From NCBI GenBank assembly GCA_036172245.1, contig JAYWIR010000005.1, positions 1,736,001-1,800,000 on the forward strand: a DNA stretch of 64,000 nucleotides. Direction: 5' to 3'. Under the pieces are notes generated by a model that worked only from the letters and a program-made list of their open reading frames with translations, searched no databases and was not told where the DNA came from. The stretch comes from Raillietiella orientalis. Taxonomy: Eukaryota. Of this stretch, positions 35,150-48,568 are shown one piece after another (the stretch's first letter is position 1; every line of letters begins with the position of its first letter). Made by a program: the position numbers and the translations under genes.

Positions 35150-37050
35150 CGACTAGATCTTTATCCGTCGAGAGTGGAGAAGCACTTCACTGAACCTTGG
35201 CATTTCGGGTCGGAGATGATTCCGTTCTTGCGACTTTCGATGGATCCGTACTGAGCAAGATAGCGGTTACTGCGAGTGAGATCAAGAATGATGGTTGTTG
35301 GTTCACCGTTGCACAAGCGTGCGGCTTCCGCTTTCTTGCACGGCTGCATGCAGATGGCTTCCTTGCATGGGAAGAGGAACTTTTCAAATGCCATTTTTTC
35401 CTCCATGTCCACTTTCATCTTTCACCCGGAATACGTTGCAAGAATGTTGGAAAATCCGGAGTTGCCCCTCTCTTAGGCGAAAGTCCTTGCATGGGGGTGG
35501 GATGAGCGTTGTCGCGATAGAGGAGGAAGCATCTTTTGATGAAGCTCATGTTTTGGGCATGGAACTTGGTGGGATGTTCTCTAAGAAGAATTTTTCCACT
35601 TTTCCGGATTTGATTGGCTTGAGAATCCGTGGTAATAAAGTTAAGTTATAACTGAAAGTTTATCTTTTTTTTCCTTCTCGTAGCTTTCTTCGTTGGGGTC
35701 GTCGCCTGGCGATTCGAATGCCCAAGGGTCGTCGGTGTCTTGTTTTGTGCAATAGTTGTAGTTCGCTTGGGGGCTTTTGTCATTTCGAGGTGTGCTGCAG
35801 AGGAGGGATATCGTCTCCTTAGTAGGAGGGTTCTAGGTCCATGGAGTTGGAAGTAGCCTTGTAGGCGAAGGAGGGGGGATGTTGTTGAATCTGGTTTCTT
35901 GGGCAACGATGGCAAAGCTTGTGTGGAGAGACGGCATCAGTTTTTGATACTCTGGAGCTCATCTTCTGAGTAGTCCTTGAGCGTAAGGCACCAGGAATCG
36001 GCAGCAGCATACGGCATCTTGAATACGTGTTTAGCTTGCAGATACAAGACTGAAAGTTGCCAAAGAGCTGAAAATATATATAGTCAAGGAAAAGGGCCAT
36101 CTGGTACATAGTGTCACCCAGATGGCCCTCGATCTTGACGCAGTTTCTTGAGAGAACCCGATAAGTGTAGGAGAGAGAAAATGATGTATCATGGTTTTGG
36201 AATGTGAGAACTGCGCAGTAGGGTTTGAGCTTTAAGGAGAAGCGGGGGAGGAGGAGGTTTAATAATGACGTTACTGTTGAAAGAACGTTAGCAGGGAGTC
36301 AAGCTTCCGAAGAGAAGGACCTACGGCGGCTGTGGGAGGGAAGAGGAGATTGCCGTTTAGGAGGGTGAAGAAGAGGCGCATATTGTTGCCTGTAGTTGGT
36401 AGGCGATGGCGTGGTCGTGGATTGGGTCAAAGGCGTTGGTGCCATAAGCGTTTTTTGAGGAATTTCGTCTGGAAAGTACCATTTATGAAGAGGGTGGTAG
36501 CAAGTGGATCGTCGAGTTAACGTCATGACGCGTGTGGGAAGGAGGGTTTGGGTTCTACGAAGTAGAGTAGTAGTTCTTGCTGCAATGAGCAAACAAGTAA
36601 GAAGAGCACTAGGGATAGGTTGAAGGATTGTAACTTGACCGATTCTAACATGCGACCTTTTTTTCCACTGCCGAAAGCAAAAATCTTCGAGATGGATGCC
36701 GCACTGCCAGATCCGGAGGAATCGACAGTCTAAAGCAAATTGCTCGAGGCGGATGTGTCGACCTCCTTGGACAGATGAGGTAGACATTGCCTGCCTCAAG
36801 TTGACCTCCCCACCTAATGGGTCAAGACGTTTTGGGCCTTGGCGAGCTGCTGATGCTGTGATTGGTAAGCGTCCACTCCGCTTTCCTGAATCTTCCCAGC
36901 CGTTGGTGGTGCACTTCCTTCCGTGAATGCCAGTAGGTGCTCTGGAACTCAAGACACGTTGGGAGCGAGCACTGTTGAAAACCCATAGATCAAGGAGCAC
37001 CACACTGCCGCATCTCACTGTTGACGGATTCTCCAAGGATGCCATCGATG
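35150..37050 (-). mobile_element. Probable decayed LINE 5' region (ORF1-like + APE start), compositionally distinct
   Basis: C/A-rich minus strand, LCHRC Cys cluster, HLHAAVQES (LQET-like). Weak. Confidence 0.3.
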
Positions 37051-37789
37051 ACTCAACCGCGCAGAGCTGACGTGCAGGAGTTGCGCCGGGTGCGTTGCCA
37101 TCCCACGATACAAAACGATGCGCCCGCCCTGAGATTTTTTGACTCTACTACAGGCCCATCTTCTTCAGGGTTTCATCCTTGCGTGAAGGAGAGAGAAAGA
37201 GGGGAAAAAAAAAGATTCCTTATGTTCCGGTATCCCTTCGTTACTGAGTGCGGAGAGATTTGAGATCTGGATTGCTGGATTGAGATCCCCGCCGGCGTCA
37301 TCTGGAGCTGCGTTGGCGTTCGTTGGCGGTGCTGCTGCTGGGAGGAGGGAAAGATGTGCGTGCGGACGGGCAACAACAAACAGGAGAGAAAACGGCAGAG
37401 GAAACAGGTGGTCGACTTCGCGAGGTGTTCTCGACACGCACTTCTCCGCTTACCTTCCCCGCCAGTCCTGCACGTTAGAAATCTTCCGCTTCATCTGGGA
37501 ACGCTCGGGAGGGGTGAAAGGTCACTGCACGGCTTCAAAGGTCACATGGCTTCCCTGCTATTCAACGCAGGGGACTCGCGTGCCAGTCTCGGAAGTTTCA
37601 TCGGACCGGGAAGGATTTCCTGAATTCCACTCGAAAGATGTGGAGGCGTTGGCAGCCTTCACAAGCTGCTCCGCACTATGACAGCATTCGGCGATGCCGC
37701 CGTGGCAATTCGAGCTGACGAGCAGCACTCGGTCGGCACCACTGTCTCCTGAAGGACAGAGGGGTCGAAGGGGTTTACTAAGCAGTGTT

Positions 37790-38050
37790 CTAAGAGTGAT
37801 GCAGACGGCGCCCTGTTGCCCTGCCTGCTGGAGGGCAAGGTCATCTCTCCGGACCGCTCGTCACCGAGCGGACAAGGTGCGCGAGGTCTTTGCCGAAGTG
37901 ACCCCAGTGCGTTGGGGTTGGCCGCAATCCTGCCGACGCCATGCAGACAGGGAGGTGTCTCTGGGATCGTCGGCAAGCGGAAGTCGCGCATGCGGCAGGC
38001 GAGGGGGAACGTTTGTCGCACCTGTCGCAGCCTGGGGGGCGGAGGGGGCG
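37790..38050 (-). repeat. Left arm of inverted pair (LINE ORF1-like region)
   Basis: 37797-37994 is the reverse complement, with few mismatches, of 39422-39617. Homology continues with an indel to ~38050/39310. Confidence 0.85.
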
Positions 38051-38649
38051 AGCGTCCCCGGAGCGGCGATGTCGGTTTCGGTTGTGTGGGAGGTCGGGGT
38101 GGACGAAGAGCAACGGCGTAAGCCTCCTCCTGAGGGGGAACGCAGAGTTGCCCAGACAGGCAGCAGGAATGGAATGGGATGTCCAGATGCCCCGTTTGGC
38201 GGATCGTTCGTTTCCGGTGCGGAGGCTGAGGTCTCCACTCCGGTGACTTGCCTAGGTGTTTCTCTGGTCCGTCCATCCCAGCTTTTGGCAGCTGCCGTTC
38301 CCCTTTCGCAGGGAGAACGGCACTGCGGCTGAGGGTGTGGAGCTGGCTGGGGTCCACTGCAGGCGCCTTCACGCGCCTGAGGTGCATGTGGAGGTGTAGA
38401 GTTGTTCGGATCCCGAGTTGACCACCCTCATGACTGCGAGGGAACGCTTCCAGTGAGCAGTCCATCCGCGCACGTACCCGAGCGCCCCATCCCCCCACGC
38501 ATCTTAGAGCAATCCTAGCGCCATCACCAGGTGGAGTCCACAGTCCACGACCTATTCAGCTCAACAGCATCGCTCCTCCGTGGTAGTTCCGAGTCGCAAC
38601 GCCAGGTGCCGCGTGCGGACGCCGCCAGAACAAACTCGGCGTCGGGATT

Positions 38650-39620
38650 GGCTGAGACGTGCAGGCGGGCGGTTTGACTAGGATATTCATAGACTGTTCC
38701 CATGGGAACGCTTTTCCACGTCAGGCTGCCAACCCAACGTTTCATTCATCCTACCGCTCCAGCTCTGCTCTCCATAACTGGTTCACTGGACTCTGGAATC
38801 AGGGTAAGATCATGGCCTGCGTTGGTCGGCCCCATCTTTTCAGCCACTTCCTTTTCAGCGGCGACCTGCATGCACAGCCTGTGGCTCGCGAGCCACCACG
38901 CCATGCATGCGTCTCGACCAAGTCCGTGGGCTCCGACCGCGTGTGCAAAAGACGTGTAGTTCGGGAAGAAGTGCCTCCGACAAGTTGCCAACCGCCGTGC
39001 ATTTCGTCGCCAAGCAACGACCCGCCGCTACAGCAAGCCGAAGAGAACCACTGAGGATTGTCGGGAGCCTCTCGCTTCCGGTCAGCTCATCCCCGGCACA
39101 GTTTCCGGTCCGAACTCGGTCCCGAGCGCGATCCCTGCCCCTTCCTTGGGAGACTCCGGGAAAAGAAAGGAGCGTGGGTACTGGAAGCTTTCCAGGCGCT
39201 TCTCCCGCGGAGGAGGAGGACATGTCTACGTCAGCGGGGGCCATCGTCACAGGAGCCGTGAGTGCTCGGAGCTCAGGCAGGGGCAGGGGCTCGAAGAACT
39301 TTGGCGTTCGCCTCCCCGGGCTGCGGCAGATGCGACAAACGCCCCTACTCTCCCGCTGCGTGACCGCGTCGCCCTCCTACCTCAGAATGGTCCCTGGGGG
39401 GCTGTCCCTGCGCTGCTTTAACGCACGCGCGACTTCCACTTGACGACGATCCCAGAGACCCCTCCCTGTCTGCATGGCGTCGGCAGGATTGCGGCCAACC
39501 CCAACGCACTGGGGTCACTTTGGCAAAGACCTCACGCACCTTGCCCGCTCGGTGACGAGCGGTCCGGAGATAACCTTGCCCTCCAGTAGGCAGGGCAACA
39601 GGGTGCCGTCTGCATCATTC
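38650..39620 (+). mobile_element. Decayed LINE ORF1 (gag-like) fragment containing right arm of inverted pair
   Basis: Frameshifted CTACGSR-SHHAMH knuckle at ~38870-38910; 39422-39617 inverted repeat. Confidence 0.5.
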
Positions 39621-39899
39621 GAAGAACGCACAAGAGGAGGAGACTGAAACCTGTGACCTGCTCTCCTCCCTCCCTCATTTCTTCCCTCACTCATCCCTTG
39701 TCTCCTGGGGTCGAAAGGGTTAGACCACGGCCTTTAGGAGGGGAGTCTCTGCGGCGACGCTACTCAATCTCCGGGAAGTGACACGATGGCCGCATGGCGG
39801 GTCTTCAGGAGGGAGCAGTGAACAGGCGGGGGGACAACCCCGACCTCCTGTGAGCTCAAGACTGTGGAAAACGTGGATGCTGTGGACAATCAGCTCCCT

Positions 39900-42800
39900 A
39901 GGAAATTCTCTTTCAAGGTTTGTGGGATTCTGATAAAGAGAGTCCCACTCTGCGGTCTGGAGGTGGTTCCTGTTTCCCCACAGGGAGGCGGCACTGAGGC
40001 TGAAGGGGTCGCAGTGTTAGGGCTCGCTTCCTTCTGATCCCATTTCACGTCCTCCAGGAATTTCTGCTTCTGGGTTCTGGATGCGTGGGGTCGAATGCGA
40101 CCGCGCACTGTCGTTTTTCGGACTGCAGGAGGCCCTCTGATTTTCTTGCAAGGAGGAAGCAAGCTGTACCGTTGAGAACCAGAGAGGCTGATGCAGTCGG
40201 ACTCTCAGTCGAGCGGTAGCACAGACTCCGGAAGATGACTTGCGCCTGAAGGCACCAATGTTTCCGTTCATCAGGGCCATAGTCTTGAGGTGGAGGTGAA
40301 GCCATTCCTCAACGTTTCGAATTTGTTCTCTGGAGCAACGAGGTCTTCGAGGCAAACCTCAGGCCTTGGGGTGCCCCTTGGTGCTCTCCTCATGAGAACG
40401 TCCGTCTTTTGCCTCGCCTCGTATGGCGAGAGCTGAACAAAAAAAAGTGGTTCGAGGAAGGGAGCAGCGCAGACATTCCAGGTGAAGACCCGCCTTCCGG
40501 CAAGAAAAACTGGACATCTTGGAACGGGGCTCGGCGCCATCTCTGCCACTTCTAGCCGAAGAAGTGGGTCCACGCATCTCTACATCTTTGTCTTCAGGGA
40601 TGCCTTTCCTGTGGGAAGAAAACGGCAGCTGCCAACAAGCGAAAGACATAAAAAGAAGCTCAAAAAGGTGGACTCTCCAACTTTCTGGCCAGCTGTAGAA
40701 ATTGCCTAGAGCCTCAGTGGGGTTGCGAGGATGAACAAATAAATAAATAGTTGGTGGGCAGCAAATAGGGCACGCCAGAGTTTGAGCTCCTCTCTTACGG
40801 CCTCTGCAAGATGGTGGTTGCCTCTGATGACTTCTGTATTCAGTTGGGACCAATTGCATGCCGTCTTGATTGAATGGACAGCAATGCAGATGGGCTTTCG
40901 TTGCCTCTGGCGTAGTTCCAGCCAATAGGGGGCCTCTAGGATTCTGCAGGTGCAGCACAGATCACAGCGGCAGATCCTCTTGCTTGGAGAACAGATGCAG
41001 CAGTTCAGCTAACGTATATTTAGCGTGCAGGGATGCTGAAGTTTCTTTTTATGTTTTCCCTCTTGGAATGATGAGGAACTCCGTTCCCTGGTTCTTCTTA
41101 CCTTCTGCCTTTTCTTTTTGAATAAACGCTTTGGCATGACCGGCTAAAAAGCCTTCTGGAGACGACCAGAGCAGACCTCTGCAAGGCAAGAACTATTTCA
41201 AGGGCATACCAAGGTATTTTGCTATGTTGCCAACATGCTCATCCAGTCCGGCTGCCCTATCAAGCCGCAGCAACAGGAACGCCGTTCCTGTCCACGCCCA
41301 TGCGTGCTCCCATGTGCATCAGCTAGAAGACTTCCTCGAGCGACGCCTCCGGAGAGAGCACAAGTAGCAGGAGAGAGGGGTCGTTGGCACATGCAGTCAC
41401 GTGTACGGCGTGCAGGGTCAGGAACTTGTCAGGGTTGACAGAGTTCTCTCGAACGCTCTCAGCACTAACTCGCAGATAATGATGAGCAGGTTAGGGCTTG
41501 GGCCTCCCCTTTGCCAGGCCCTCCTCCTCTCTGAAAGTCTGCACACACTGGGACCTCTGAAAGCAGCTCTCGTGAGCGCAAAGAGGGCGCAGGCACAGCG
41601 GCAGGGTTCGTGGGAAAACCTGAGAGTTCCAGGAGGAGTTTCCGGCTGAATCAGCGGAATGCCTTTTTCGGATATCGTCTGGACCGCCCTCTGGCGCCAG
41701 TAGGGCAAAGGGTCCGCGGTCCCGAACTGTGCCAGACGCAAAGTGTAGTCCTTCCCGCACGTGCGAATGAATTGCGTTTCCCTCCAGCTCGTGTGGAAGT
41801 GCGGCCGATGCTGACATCAGACGGCCTTATGGATGCATCGAAGCGCTTCGTGCACAGCACGATGCCGCAAGCGGTGGTGACCTGCCACCGTGGCCTGATC
41901 TTGGCAGGAGGGGTACAGCAGTACAGCACGATGGGAGTGCCATTTCTTGACTGCCTTCTTGACTGAGGGCAACGAGGCGGCTCCACCTGATAGATTCAGA
42001 GGACGAACTTTTTTCATTTCTATTATCATCCTTTGTTCCCCGAGAAGTTCCCTGGGATCGTGGCTGCTCGCCAGCCACCCCAGGTGCCTTCGGAGTTGTG
42101 GCAAACTGCGCCCTAGGCATCCTTGCATTTTTTTTTGCGTCCTTAAGGTTCACAGTAAGCGCCCCCTCGTGATCTCTCCACCCTTGAATTCCGAAACCAT
42201 TCCTTTGAAATACATAAATAGAAATTCCCAGAATTAGGGAAGGGACCGACGTGCGTTTGCCCGAATTCAAAGGGACTACTCCTCTCGGGACAAAGCTAAG
42301 GAGTGGGGAGGAGAATCAATAAACACATAAACAAATGAGGAGCAGGACGGACTGGTCCTCGAGGTACTGAACGCGATGATGATTCCCTAGGGCCTGCATT
42401 GGGAAGGGATCAGGGAGGAGGGGTCGTAGTGGACAGTCTGCCCCGGTGTAAAGTCAGTTGGCCTACAGTTGTCCGAGCGTATCTTTACACCCTACATCCC
42501 CAATGGAGCCATCTCGGCGCCCTTCGCATGCAAGCGATAGCGACTGCAAACGGGGACTGGGATTGCAGACGCCGTTTCTCGGTATCTCCGTTTCTGAAAA
42601 CCTGCAGAGGGTCTCGGCCCGTGAGGAGGCGACTGGAAAGCCTGAAGATAAAAGCATTCCTTTAAGCAGGTCCCTCGGTCCGGCATCGGGGGAGTCGAAG
42701 TGTCCCCAAGATGCACTTCTGCCCCTGTTGTTGCAGCCTCTGGAGCATTCCGGGGTCATGTGCCGCAAGGTCCCGGCAGTGGACGCAGTCCTTGGGCGCT

Positions 42801-43300
42801 CACTTCCCTGAAGAGCGTTGAACTCATCACGAGGGAGAGTCCAGTGCACCAGTGAGATGACATTTTGTCGGTGACGGAGAAGGACAGACACCCGGAAGGA
42901 AGCCCAAGAACACGGAGGTTCCACCCACCTTTGCGGGACTTTAGCCAGATCTTTTGACGAGACGCCTCTTACAGACTGAAGGGGCCTGATGATCCTCGCG
43001 TGTCTTGAGCGCTGCTGGACTTCCCCGCTCTTCTTCCTCTCATCTGCTGTCGAAGAAGCGTTCTGTTAGGAGCTTCCTACCTCCCCCACTGTGAATTCTG
43101 TGAGTCGGGCTGCTGTTGCGTAGCAACAGCTGGCCTGGATTCGGCGGACCACAACAGTGAAAGTTCCATATCCCGAAGGGTTCGTTGCCAGTAAAGCGGT
43201 GCCAGAGCCTGCTCGAATTCGAGGAGGAGAACGACGTGGACACCTTCGACGGTATCCTCAGGTGAGAACAAAGTTCCCTTCCGGCCATCAAGTTCACCAA
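39900..43300 (-). mobile_element. Decayed LINE ORF2 (APE to RT)
   Basis: Minus-strand order: DEFNAL (~42820), SSRAETL, KIPG-like (~41210), FLIIPR, LNCC (~41000), RKGIP...PLL (~40600), FLEPL (~40450). Confidence 0.55.
41108..41151 (+). mobile_element. 44-bp tail-only LINE insertion with 7-bp TSD
   Basis: ccttttctttttg aataaacgctttggcatgaccggctaaaaag flanked by ccttctg (41101-41107 and 41152-41158). Confidence 0.65.
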
Positions 43301-43821
43301 AAACTCCCGAGCGACTCAGCGGGGCAGGTCCGACGGCCTGTGGGTCTCCTCGGAGAAACTCCTCCCGGCCAAACTCAGCAACGCGTCAGCCATCGCTACG
43401 ACCCTCAACTATCACCGGGCCGAGCAGCACCACACCGTCGTCAAGGGACTCTTCGAATTCCGAGGAGGACCCCTTCAACCATACAGCCGATAGCGACGGC
43501 CCCGACGAAACGCCAGCCAGGAACTTCTTCCGCCACAACAGGTCCTCACGCTTCCAGTCGAGCGTTCCCGTTTCATGGGCCACTCGCTAACCGCCAGCAG
43601 CAGCGCAGACCTCATCCGCGCCTGCAGCTACGTGGGGGAATAAACATCAGTCCTCCTCAGCTCACTGAACGAGGACGGACGGAGCGAGGGACGCCTTGTC
43701 AAGCCCGGGTGACGGGCGCAACGGGCTGCAAAACGAATCGCTGCCTGCGTTGGCAGCCGCATGGCTGCGGTCTACGCTTGGCACCAGCCGTTTATCCCAT
43801 CGGGGTTCCCTCCGAGATGAA

Positions 43822-44620
43822 AAAAATGCCTTCAGGCGCACACGCATCGGAGCGGAGAAGACAAACGACCGATTGAATCTCGGCGACGCAGACACGCTGA
43901 CGAGCTCGTACCAGGGTGGTGTTCAGAATGGCGGTGTTTTGTCAAAGTCCTGCTTGCTTTCTTGAGGACAAGGAGCAAATGAACTTCAGAGATAACAACG
44001 CTCCTCCTTTGAGCAAGATGGACAATGGAAATCAGTGCATGGTTCCACAGGTTCATTATAACTGTGAACGCATTTTTGGGGACCCTCCATCACGCACTAT
44101 GGATCTGTTTGATGTCTCCCCCCCTTACGGGGTCATCTCTCCAGAGCGTCGGAAGCAGCTCGAACGCATTGGAGGCAGGCAGAGAAATGGGAGTGTGTAT
44201 CCGGAGGAGTAGACAGTGGTAAAGAGCATGTGTGTCCTCCACTAAGGAGGCGAGCGGTTCCTGAGTCTTAGCGAACCAAAACAAACCCCCCCCAAAAATG
44301 CACGAAGACAGAGTGCTCCCATGCCACTCCTGCCGCGACCTCGGAGAATGTCGCGGACTTCCTTGCTTGTCACTAGCAGCGCCCGCTGAAAAAGATTGAC
44401 AAACCCAAATGGCAAGGGTGCGTTTGAAAGACTGCGGTAATCCCTTGGAATGCTTGTAAAATAGACTTCATGCAAAAAAGAGGAGCGTTTTTTCTGTTCT
44501 TCCTTTTTCTGTTCTTTCGGGAAAAGCATTTCCCCCTCTCCCTTTCCTCTTCAAGATGTTTTATCTTCAGGTTGTCAACAGGGAACCCAGTCTTCCCAGT
44601 GTTTGCCTTCCTGAGTCGCT
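43822..44620 (+). repeat. ~800 bp direct duplication, copy 1 (LINE + SINE-tail mosaic)
   Basis: Nearly identical to 54573-55370; ORF-track peptides almost identical. Confidence 0.93.
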
Positions 44621-44859
44621 GCTTGGGGACAAAGAGCAAATGAGACTTGGCTTCAGAGATAAAAATGCTCCTCCATTGAGTAAGATGGACGATAGAGATC
44701 AGTGCATAGTTACACAGGTTCTTTGGAACTGTCAACACATTTTTGGAGACCCTCCATCGCATTATATGGAGTGGTTGATACCATCCGCCTTCGGAGGTTG
44801 CCTCTCCAGGGCTCCAGAAGCGCGCTATTCCGTTTGGGGAGCGCATTTCAGGGAAATTG

Positions 44860-45190
44860 AAAATTTCCCTTCGAAGCTCGCTTCAGAGGAGCACACCAAG
44901 AAGGAGCAGTTCCCTTGTGAGTGGGTTTCCTCCGGAGAAGGTATCAGGAGTGGTTCCCACAAACTAGAGGGTCCCTCTGGAGAGAATGCGGAAGTCGGAG
45001 GGGCTGCCTTCGGAGGCAGCCAGGGAGAGTTCCCTACCAAGATGAGCAAGAGAGGAACGGATTTCTTCCTTGGGAGCCTTCCTGGATTCACATGGTGGTC
45101 CCTCTGGGTTGCTCCCTGAATCGAGCCTTCTCGGCTTCGATCATCCACGTCGGGATTAGAACTCGCGACGATAGGTGCCGCTTTTCGGCC
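44860..45190. mobile_element. SINE body (+) abutting SINE head (-)
   Basis: cttcagaggagc...gagcagttccct...gaggaacggatttcttcc...gagccttcctggattc, then the reverse complement of ggcacctatcgtcgcgagttctaatcccgacgtggatgatcga. Confidence 0.6.
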
Positions 45191-45639
45191 GATTCTCGTC
45201 ATAACGCCGTCTTCGGCCCACAGGGCTCGTGGGAAGGGCGCGCGCGCACCAGCTGTTCGACGCGGTTGAGCCCAAAACTCCACCCCGACATTTTTCCGGA
45301 TTGAACTCTAGTTTGGCTTCAGACGCGAGAAGATGCCCATGGGGCCCGCTGCCTCGAGCAGGTGCCAAAGCGCGCGAGCCACTCCGGTTCCATTTTGGAA
45401 CCTCCCCTCCGGATTTCTATGTGGACACGGCCACGTCGCCTTTGACCATAGGCTTTTTGCCGCCGAAGGGATGGGTACAGCGGAGTCTGTAACGAGCGGC
45501 TCCGGTTCCACATGCGAACGTGTGCTGAGGAAAGGAAGAAATCCTCCCTCTCTCATTCACCCACGGCCGACCTTGTGGGGACCTGGAGGGAGACGCACGT
45601 AACGAAAAGAGACCGTCGAGAAGGAATCCGAGGAAGCGG

Positions 45640-46920
45640 ACCCACAAATCATCCGGATGCTTTCTCGGATCTGAGACGGAGGCAGCAGCGGGATGAAAGC
45701 TCCGACTTGGGAACCGCGGATGTCCGCATCGAGTGCTTGCCGATTGATACTGACAGCCAGGTGGTTCCGGATCGGGGCGAGCAGGCCATGAGTGGCACGC
45801 CTTCGAGGGTCTCATCCTTGGGAAGATGGGAAGCAGCTCTGAAGTTGAGGGCGAGCCGCTCTTCCTCGTAACTCTGCGCGGACGCGCGCGGGAGGAGCGA
45901 GCGGTGGATGAAGTCGCCATGATGCTGGACGAGGGCTCCGTAGCGTGACGTCCACGAGTAGCGGCCGATGCTGTTTCCAAGCTTGGGAAAAATTCTCAAG
46001 CCCGGATCATCCCCGTGGTCATCGAGAGGCGCAATGATGATGGATTTTGATTGGTGCTCAGTAGGAGGTGCTGTCGGTCGTGTAGCTGGCCCGATGTGCG
46101 AGTTCCGGAGCATCCGAAACGGTTCGTTCAGGGCACCTGAGGGATCCAGTCACTCTCGAAACCGTCTCCGTCGGCTGTGACTAGGTCGCAGATAACGGGG
46201 TCTTTGTTTGAGACTGCTAGATGGTTTGCCCTGCAGCCATAAATCGTTTGAAAAGAAAAAACCATGGTGACATTGAATCTCGTGCTTCTTTCCGAGAAGC
46301 AGTGTGCTGGAACAATCCAGAAAGACAGGAGATAAACTCAAGCCTTCGAGAGGATTCCTCTCCCAAGGATTGGAAAGGAGAGAACGTCTCAAGTTCCGGG
46401 TGGTCCGGACGGAGCCGTGGACGTCATCCGTGACCATCGTCCCCTTTCTTTCTGCACCTGCTCGCAGTGGAGTCGCACCTTCCGCAGGAAGATTTGGACC
46501 CCGAGAGTTTTCCGTGGGTGGGTTCTGAGGCGCGGCACAAGAGTGACTTCCCCTGAGGCGTCAGGAAGGCGGTGGCTGGGCGCTCGGCTTCATCGGGGGT
46601 CGCTCCTTGTGACAAGCGCCCGCTGATTCCGGGTCTGCGGCAACAAAGGAGAAAGGAGAAAATTCAAGAGCTCGGGATGGGGCGTTGGCTCCTGCCAAGG
46701 TCGAAGGATTCCGAATGATACTGACGAGGAGCAGGTGGAAGCCTAGGGGAAGGAGCCTAGGGAAGGGGGAGGGGAGGAAGCAGCATTCCCGCGGGCTTCC
46801 CGAGTCGAATCATCTGGAAAGGCAGGAGATGAACGCGAACTTTCGAGAGGATTCATATCCAGAGGATGGGAAGGGAGAGAAGGTCGTTGGTTCGGGGATG
46901 ATCCGCACGGAGCCACAAGC
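45640..46920 (-). mobile_element. Decayed LINE APE endonuclease fragments (two ORF2 starts)
   Basis: HHGDFI and SVSDP (GDFN/SDH-like). 46320-46420 and 46820-46920 are related direct repeats. Confidence 0.45.
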
Positions 46921-48568
46921 TAGGAGACGGCTCGCTGGGGCCCCAGAGCCCCACAATCAAGAACAATCAAGACTTCGAAAGAGTCGCCGCCATCTTGTGG
47001 AGACGAAGGACGCGGAGATGGAGTTACTCGCATCTCTGCGACGAGCCGCCTCCGCATCGGTGGCGTGGGGGTTCCGAAGTCTTCCTGGAGGGTGCGAGAC
47101 TTCCCGGGAGATTCGCCCCTTCCCTGAGATCTCAGACCGAACGGCTCGCTCCACCGAAGGGCCGGAAAAAGGGCAAAGCCCCTCGCGCGTTCCGCCCGGA
47201 GCTTCCCTGGGTCAAAGGGAAGGGCTCGCGAAGCCATCGCCGGAAGAGGACTCCATGGACGAGAGCGCGCGTCCCTTCCTCGATCCACTGTGCGATGGGA
47301 AGCTCCCTCCGCCTCCTCGTTCGACGGGAGGTCCTGGTTGCCGGTTTCGGATCGGGAAGTGTCTGGCGGCACTCGGGCGCGCACTCTTCGCTCGTCTTTC
47401 GCGACCTTCGCCCGCAGGCGGAACGGGAGAGCACGGCTTTCCGCTCTGCCTCCGAGGTGGCGCCGGAACAGTTGGTCGTCGGAGCCGAGGGATGCGGAGC
47501 TCCTGCTTCCCAACCGCGGCTTCCGCCGAGGACCCTACTTATCCCGTTGAAGTTCCCCGACTCCCAGCTGAGTCCTGTGCTTGTTGTGCTTGTATTTTCA
47601 GGACTGGTTCACGTGTAACCGCAAGTCGCCCGCCTCTTTCAGACGTCCCCAGTCACGTTCTCCTGCGCTCTCCCGTACGGTGCTGCTGCAACTGCTTTTC
47701 CGGAGCAATGAGGTTCTGATGTGTTCCGCTTTCCGCGTTCCCTGCCTCATCCGTCAGACGTTACTGTGGCTCTTGGAGCTTGCCATCCTCGTCCCACGGA
47801 GGTGCACGTTCGTCGGCCCCTGCCCAAGGCGCTCCACCCGCGCATTTGCGTCTCCCGTCGCGGGTCCTTCGGGATCACGCACCTGGCTCCCGGGTGCGTC
47901 CGCGGTGCCGTCCCCTCCCGTCAGCTAACTCGAACCTACCCTCGAGGGTTTGACCTGGCGACCTTGCCGGAGCGCCGGCAGAACTCCATGATCATTCGCT
48001 GCCGGGGTCTCACTCGACCGTATTGATGGCTCCTGGCAATCCGAGCTGATCTCCCCCACGACCTGCTTCGACGCACGGAAGGGAGGAATTCCGGGAACGC
48101 TCCTGATCGGGGAAGGGATCGATTCGCACCCTGAGCTGAAGGGGGGCAAACGCGGCTAGACCCCCAGAGACCCATTTTGCCACCTCACGGACCTTCCTAG
48201 GTTCTAGAAGGCGCTTCCGCTCTGAGGGTGGAGAATGTTTCGGGAGCGACCTCGCTCCTGCTTTCTCCCCTCCTTTCGACACCCCACGGAGAGGCGGTGC
48301 GCTTTCGTGGGAACCAGGAGCTTCCCCCGCTTGAGCAGGCGATCGGTTCGACACCCCTTGCCGAACTGCCCGTTCGCGAGCGCTTCCGTCACCGTAATGG
48401 GCTACGAGAGGAAGCAGTTGAGTCCGGAGAGCACCAGATGTGGGTGCCGAGCCACCTACCGGGTGCCCTGGCGGCCGCTCTCGCGCTCCTCCTTGCTTGT
48501 GAAACGCTTGCAGGGTGCGGTCCTGACCCCTCATCCCTGCTCTCCTCCTCCAACCCATTGTGGAAACT

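Noticed and set aside
41195..41222. KYLGMPL on the minus strand as an RT thumb motif
   Set aside because: It lies upstream of the RT core in element orientation, at the position of the GKSPG motif; more likely a chance reading of a frameshifted KxPG.
46685..47719. 344-aa + strand ORF, and other long ORFs such as 5748..6761, 11536..12462 and 12925..13899
   Set aside because: Arg/Pro/Ser-rich low-complexity translations with no recognisable domain. Expected in GC-rich DNA; they overlap repeats or lie antisense to real exons.
47585..47830. Exon-like segments with tttcag acceptors suggesting a second host gene
   Set aside because: No recognisable protein, no supportable chain of exons, and the region may be a minus-strand ORF1 relic. 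RNA-seq would be needed.
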